A DNA stretch of 64,000 bases from Lepidodermella squamata (taxonomy: Eukaryota; Animalia; Gastrotricha). The stretch spans positions 868,001 through 932,000 of the forward strand of contig JBLDXI010000002.1 of NCBI GenBank assembly GCA_047495785.1, read 5' to 3'. Below are positions 58,231-64,000 of this stretch, one piece after another; position 1 is the first letter of the stretch, and each line of letters opens with the position of its first letter. The position numbers were made by a program, and so were the translations under genes. The notes under the pieces are model-generated. The model ran no database searches. It was not told the origin of the DNA and was given only the letters and a program-made list of their open reading frames with translations.

Positions 58231-60024
58231 TTATTGAGTTTGAAATGTTTCAGATATGCCAATGATGCCTATAATCGTGAAAACGCCCACTACGCAACCA
58301 GCAGCGATGATGAATGGGGTAGGTACCTGGAATAACAGTGAAATAAGAGCTATGGACGTAGTCGCGAGTATCATCAAAACAGCAGCAGTTATAAGAGCAG
58401 CTTGGCCGCCTGATTGTCTCGGTGTTGGTGTGAATTCGCGATATCGAATCAAGGCTGGTGCAAAATATATTTGTCATTTGATTAGTTGAAAAAATAGGGT
58501 GCCAACTTTCATACATATTGTATTCATTCAATTCAAGCTGAAAACATCAGGGAAATGCCATATAAATAGTTTTCGGTTTATGTAAAAGAAAAACGGGGTT
58601 CCGCAAGTGTAATCGATTTTTTCCGCATGAAAATTGTTATTGGGGAAGCGCAAGGGCCCAAATATCGAGCTTCGTAGAAACCTGTAACTCGAACTACCCT
58701 AAACCTAAGCTTAATCCTGAACCCTAACAAAACCCTCAACCTAACCCCTAACCCTAACCCCAATTCCTAATCACAGTTAAGCTAAAAACACGATTTTATA
58801 AAATAAATATGTATGAAAGTGCACTTCGAAAAAAACATGAAAAAAATTCAATTTTAAAATTTTAAAATGTATTTAAACTAAATAAAATTAATTTTATAAT
58901 TTAAAAAGCCGATCCGCCAACGAGTGACTCATGAGTATCGGAACGATCGGAGCGGAAAGGTTAAAAACCCTGGAGATATCCGATAATTTTTGTTGAGGTA
59001 TGTAAAATGCCGTGAAAATGCCACAATGTGTTCCATAAGTTGGGCAGCAGTGACACTTGTCTGAAAATGTGTCTATTTTTTTTTTAATTAAACCTATCGG
59101 GAGAATCTTCCACCATTGTAAAAAATTGTAAATTAACCGGAGAATACCCGGGAAGCCCTGGTTCGGTAATTTTTCGGTATTTCACCCGGTTGAACCCCCG
59201 AATTTCTCCGGATATTTTGAATCGTCCAATCTTATTATAGAGCCCTTTTCTGATCCTTCTTATATTTTCTGATCCCTTTTCCGTGTATTTTCTGCCATTG
59301 CGTGATTTGTGGGACATCATTTGCAGAAAAATTTAGGAAAAATTTAAAAAATCACCAGAATAGTAATCACTTGTTAATTGGATTGAAAAAGTTAGGAGAA
59401 ATCTGGCCCAACCAGGGGAAATACAGAAAATTACTGAGCCAGTGACCATCGGGGGTTTCCGGGTTTTCTCCGGTTAAATCGCGGATAAAAGATGGAATAT
59501 TCTCTCGGTAGGTTTAATTTAATAAAATTAGTTGAATTTCCTGCAAAAAATTGCCAAATTAAAAAAAAAGATGCGCAACTTCTGGGATACGCTGTAGCAA
59601 AAATTATTGCAAAAAATCTATAAAAAAATGTTTCGAAATAGAAAAAGGCTCGGCAACTTATAGGACACCCTGTTATACTTCAAATTTGATTTCGCGAGCC
59701 TCGGTAATGAAACTTACGTTCTTTTGGTGATGCTTCAATAAGTCGGTTTGGATCTACGAAGATTTCTTCGTCCGCGGGCGACGTCGTTGAAGTTGTAGGT
59801 GGCGTTGTAGTCACTTTGATTCTTATAGGATAAAGCGTGTAAATTAGACCCGTATCGGCATTTTCGGTCAAATTTTCCGCAGAATTCGAAATTGCTGTGC
59901 CATCAGCAACTTCTATTGCCGTAACATTGAGGCTTCCAAGCAACTCCGATAACTCGTCATTTTGCGCCACAATTATCGGCCAAAAAGTGATGAAAAATTG
60001 GAAGCAAAAGCTAAAAAATTTCAT
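58231..60024 (-). CDS. Two-exon signal peptide + Thr-rich ectodomain + two TM helices (family A, copy 1); exons 60024-59718 and 58454-58231
   Basis: The GAA C|GTAAGT donor and CACCAG|CC acceptor join in frame to give ...SPKEPLIRYREFTPTPRQSGGQAALITAAVL... Confidence 0.72.
58697..58770. repeat. Degenerate (CCCTAA)n tract; a second one at ~61850-61890
   Basis: CCCTAAACCTAA...CCTAACCCCTAACCCTAACCCC inside introns. Confidence 0.55.
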
Positions 60025-60361
60025 TTTTCAAGATTCCTGAATCAGTCAACAAGGCGCTACTCGTTCAGAATAGGTATATTGTTTACAGCACTGACATTCA
60101 TGGCTATTTTTAGCAGCCTATACTGTCTTTTCACAGATCTCTTTTGTTTAATTATACCTTTTAAGGCACAATTTTATCGAGATGGTCATTTTTCTGAAAC
60201 ACGGACTGCGCGTCCATTCACATAATTATGCTATCAAATTTGGCTCAAAAGAGGCCACCTAATGTCGCTTATTTAGAACAATTGAGAATATTCAGTGAAA
60301 AAATTATAATTACAAAAATGCATTATTATTATTATTTAATTTTTTATTTTATATATAAATA

Positions 60362-60874
60362 TTAATAATTCGAAAAAAGTGAGATCATGCCCGCAATTAG
60401 TAGAGTTAGCGATATCACAGCTCCACTGCCAACCATCCAAATGAGGCACGAATTAAAAATGAGACCACTTACAGCAATAAACACAAAAATAACAACAGCA
60501 GCAATAACAGCTGATAGGCCGTTATAATTATTAACAGGCCAGCGGTGAATTGTATCTGGTTCGATCCATCGAGTCGTTGGAACAGTCGCCAATGTCGTTG
60601 TAGTCGCTGGCGGTCGTATCGGAGGCTCGGTGAATGGGTCGATGGGTTCCAGGATCAAAACTCTGCCAGTATCATCGACGTCGTCGTCTGGCTTTTCAGT
60701 GATGATATCGTATTGCGGCGGGCCAGCGCTGATGAGGTCTCGAATTTTCGCGAAAATTTCCGCAAATTCAGCATCTTCCGAATCGGTGTCAGTTTCGTTA
60801 AGCCGAGATGAATTGGCATTTTGGGCAAGAATAGGTAAAATCAGGACGCTAATAAATATTGCGATGTGAATCAT
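60362..60874 (-). CDS. Family B copy 2 (signal peptide, acidic/Pro-Thr ectodomain, two TM helices)
   Basis: Paralogue of 57626-58180. Confidence 0.8.
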   Translation of the reverse strand: MIHIAIFISVLILPILAQNANSSRLNETDTDSEDAEFAEIFAKIRDLISAGPPQYDIITEKPDDDVDDTGRVLILEPIDPFTEPPIRPPATTTTLATVPTTRWIEPDTIHRWPVNNYNGLSAVIAAVVIFVFIAVSGLIFNSCLIWMVGSGAVISLTLLIAGMISLFSNY

Positions 60875-60923
60875 GAATTTTCATTTATATATAATTCTAG
60901 AAAGAAATAACAAATTTTTATTA

Positions 60924-62449
60924 TCAAGTTCGAACAGCTTCGCTTATACTAATAACTGCTATAATAGTGAAAAGGCCTATAACGCCTCCGGCGACGGCTA
61001 TGAGAACGGTTGTTGCATATGGAAAGGCCAGAGTGAGAAATACGAGGACGATTGTTATAATTATCATTAGGATAGCTGAAGCAACTACAGCAGCTCGACC
61101 TCCGATTTGATGCGGCGCCGGCGTCATCTTTCGAACGAAGACCGAAGCTATCAAAAAAAATGAAAGTTTTTAAGAAATTAGTTATTGAACTAAAGCGTGT
61201 CCCATTCTACAATTTGGCACTGTGACAGGAAATTTATTCATTAATCTAAAAATAAATCTAAACCACGAGCAACTCCGTGACATTACCGAAAAAACTGAAA
61301 ACCCGGAAAAACCCGATGGTAATTACCGATATTTCACCCAGTGTGTGTGCGGGTTTTTTTTAACAATTAGAATGCTACAGCGTGTCCCATAATTTGTGCA
61401 AGCACTTTGTAATTTTGAATTTTCTTTTAGCCCCTGGAGGAATCTACCGTTGACGCACAAATTTACCGAAGAAATGAAAAAATTTACCGGAGTAAGCCCT
61501 GATAACCCCGATGGTATCTAGTTCGGTAATTTTCGGTTTTTACCTGGTTGGACCAAATTTCTTCGGATTTTTATAATCGCATTACCAAATGGCATACTTG
61601 CATTTCAGATTTTTTCCAAGATTTTTCTTACCATGGCTCGCCTCTCATTTCAGAGCTTTTGATCCTTCCATTTCCTGTGTTTGCGTTATGAATATTTTAG
61701 AATTTTAGAATTTCTGATTCCTTTTCCTTCTGGTTTTCGGATACTCTGTATAATAATTTCTTGAAAGTGAGCCAAGTTGAGAAAAATTCCTAATTCTTAA
61801 CAAATAAGCAATTATTGGAATTCTGCGCTACTGGAAGTTCGCAGTTAACACCTAAACCTATAACCCTAACCCTAACCATCAAACCTAAAAGTATGCCCAA
61901 TCGGCTCAAAATTCGATTGCGCATCCGAATCCGGGATCAAAATTTACCAAACATCCAACGTCTGATGGGTTTTTTGTGAACTCCCTTCAATTAGGGCTCC
62001 GTGAGTATCCTAACTCGCCGATTTTAAAATTCACCTGAATTCCGTTTCAAAAAATTAGGATGATGTTTCTAGTTTTTTTTGAGACAGGTAACTTTTTTCT
62101 GTTGAAACCTTCTGCTTTCTAAATTAGGGCCTCTTGCTACGTCGAAATTTGCCCGGTTGCGGAATCATTCAAGTAAAAACTCACGCCTGGTTGTAGTTGA
62201 TCCGATTGGCCTAACGATTGATGGATCTGCGAAAAACTCAATCAACGACATCTCTGTCGTAGATGTCGTCGTAATTGTCGTTAATCGAATAGGAAACAGC
62301 TGGAAAATATCTCCAGTATCATTTTTCTCCAATGAATCATCCTCCGTAAAATTTGCGACAATGACCAAGTTATCGCCTTGCTGCCCTTCCTGAGCATGAC
62401 TGATGACGATGATGTTCAAAATAAGTATGTCGACAACAAGTGCTTTCAT
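60924..62449 (-). CDS. Family A copy 2; exons 62449-62185 and 61147-60924
   Basis: The AGG C|GTGAGT donor and TTGATAG|CT acceptor are in frame. It shares DTG.I..L.PIR and TP.P.Q.GG.AA with copy 1. Confidence 0.72.
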
Positions 62450-62848
62450 CTTACATAAAATTCCGTTTTAATAACCGCTGTAACACGTGCGCGGTTTTTA
62501 GGAGCGTGCGAATTTTTGTGACCCCCTGCTGTTAGGCGAGTATAAATACAATCTCGACCGCGCGCACATTAAGAGTTATGTTTTCATCTCACTGAACTGC
62601 CTTGTTATTTTTACATTTTATTAAGGTGTCAATTGTTTCTTTTGAACAACTACCGCAAATTTTTGAAAATATAGGTCACGCGACAATGAAGTCTAAAATT
62701 AGAAATTATGTCATGCGTATAACGATAAAAGCATAAGATTTCGAATTTTAATTATTATCAAATTTGAAATTTTGTATTTTAATTCAAATTAAATTTGAAC
62801 GATGAAAATTCGTCTACATAAAACCGGAAACGGTATCGACCTTATTAA

Positions 62849-63618
62849 CCCTTTCACGGCGGGAAGGACGATTTCGGAATTTCTACTTTGAAAATTCGCA
62901 GAAAATTGATTTTGATGAATTCTTGATCGCCCTTTTGAGGAATATTGCTCTTCGATGTTGGCTACAAGGTTTTGAGACCAGGACACCGTTATCTTGCATG
63001 GTCAGGACATACTAGCAATTTGAAAATAGTCAACCTGAGATTGAAATTTCGATTTTTTTCAACTTGAAATTTCATGGGGTTCTGATCATTTTTGATCCAA
63101 CAAAAAATACCACCGTATCCGCCATAGTCTCATTGACCTCTGTGTAAATTTTTTCGACTTGGAAGCTAAAATTGACGACGCTATTGAACTTCAATCAAAC
63201 CGGCCGAATTCGTCCTATCTGCCCAGACTTATACAGGCAGAGTGCGTGATTTTTGTGCTGAAAAAACCGTCGCGAGCAAAAACTGGAAAAGCTGAATTCA
63301 GATCTGAATGCTGAGCCTCTGACACTTTTTTAAACTGAATCGTTTCGGTGATATAAGTGAGGAAGAATCTTGGGGACATTCATGGGAGTAAGTTATAATC
63401 TAAAATTCCAAAACTGAAGGCACCTGACACAGAAGTTAGGGTGCTCGAAAAATCGCCTGAAATCAGCTGGGCGATTTCGGCCAGTTTTCGTACAGCCTTA
63501 ACGGTGATAGATAAAGACAAACGGATTTCAAAATCGTGATCAGGGCCTTTGAAAATCCGTAGAACTGCCGTCAAATATTTTTTCTACCGCGCAGATAAAT
63601 AATTCCGCCATGAAAGGG
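62849..63618. mobile_element. piggyBac-type non-autonomous element (770 bp)
   Basis: TTAA-CCCTTTCACGGCGG ... CCGCCATGAAAGGG-TTAA. Confidence 0.85.
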
Positions 63619-64000
63619 TTAAGATGCCAAATAAAACAATTATTACTATTATTATTATTAAAAATGAAATTTTTCGCATTACATTCTAATTTGAGTGCTG
63701 CATGAGACTTTGTTACTCAATATTTTCGGCCGATCTTTATGATAAGATGCTGATACCATTGGAATGCAAGTCCAGCAAGAATTTCGCGATGAAATACCGT
63801 ACATGAGACGAGAACGAGCCCCTTGACGACCGTTGCTATGTTTTAGCGTGGATTTCAATTTTAGAAATTTGCTGCCTTTGCAAGAATAAAGTCGCAAAAT
63901 ATTATCCTCCTTATAATTATCGATTTTCTATGCGATAACATTTATTTCGAAAATTGACCTGGAATTTGATTAATTTTTTCGAATATTTTTCCAATATAAT

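Noticed and set aside
58697-58770. Telomere or chromosome-fusion site
   Set aside because: Short, degenerate and intronic; more likely part of a dispersed repeat.

Overview
AT-rich eukaryotic, very likely invertebrate metazoan, genomic DNA. It has short GT-AG introns, a Pol III tRNA gene, and Cys-loop channel, class C GPCR and CCP-protease genes. The window is dominated by local gene duplication and DNA transposons. The left 28 kb is a tandemly repeated minus-strand cassette: [secreted repeat-peptide precursor] - [SABATH-family carboxyl methyltransferase] - [ankyrin/SOCS-box protein]. The ORF track misses the precursor genes because their signal peptide is split by an intron. Spliced, they encode a signal peptide plus 36 or 48 copies of an acidic Tyr peptide (GEA[A/G]YEEA) separated by KR dibasic sites. 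Two short paralogues (27.6 kb, 56.1 kb) show a possible ancestral form ending in an amphipathic peptide. This precursor family and its cassette are the best candidate for an undescribed system. Also in this region: a ~10.4 kb palindrome with head-to-head ubiquitin-fusion genes around identical 1.25 kb inverted arms and an exact 3,181 bp tandem duplication; a Mutator-like element carrying SWIM and OTU domains; and a P-element-like excision footprint. The middle has tRNA-Ala(CGC), two tRNA-Leu halves flanking a MER3/HFM1-like gene with a dead Walker A motif, intronless divergent Cys-loop and GABA-B-like receptors, and a FLYWCH/AT-hook gene. The right part has duplicated CCP/pseudo-protease plus GT10 fucosyltransferase units, and tightly spaced, operon-like pairs of small secretory-pathway membrane-protein genes. 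All calls come from manual reading of the sequence; no database searches were run.
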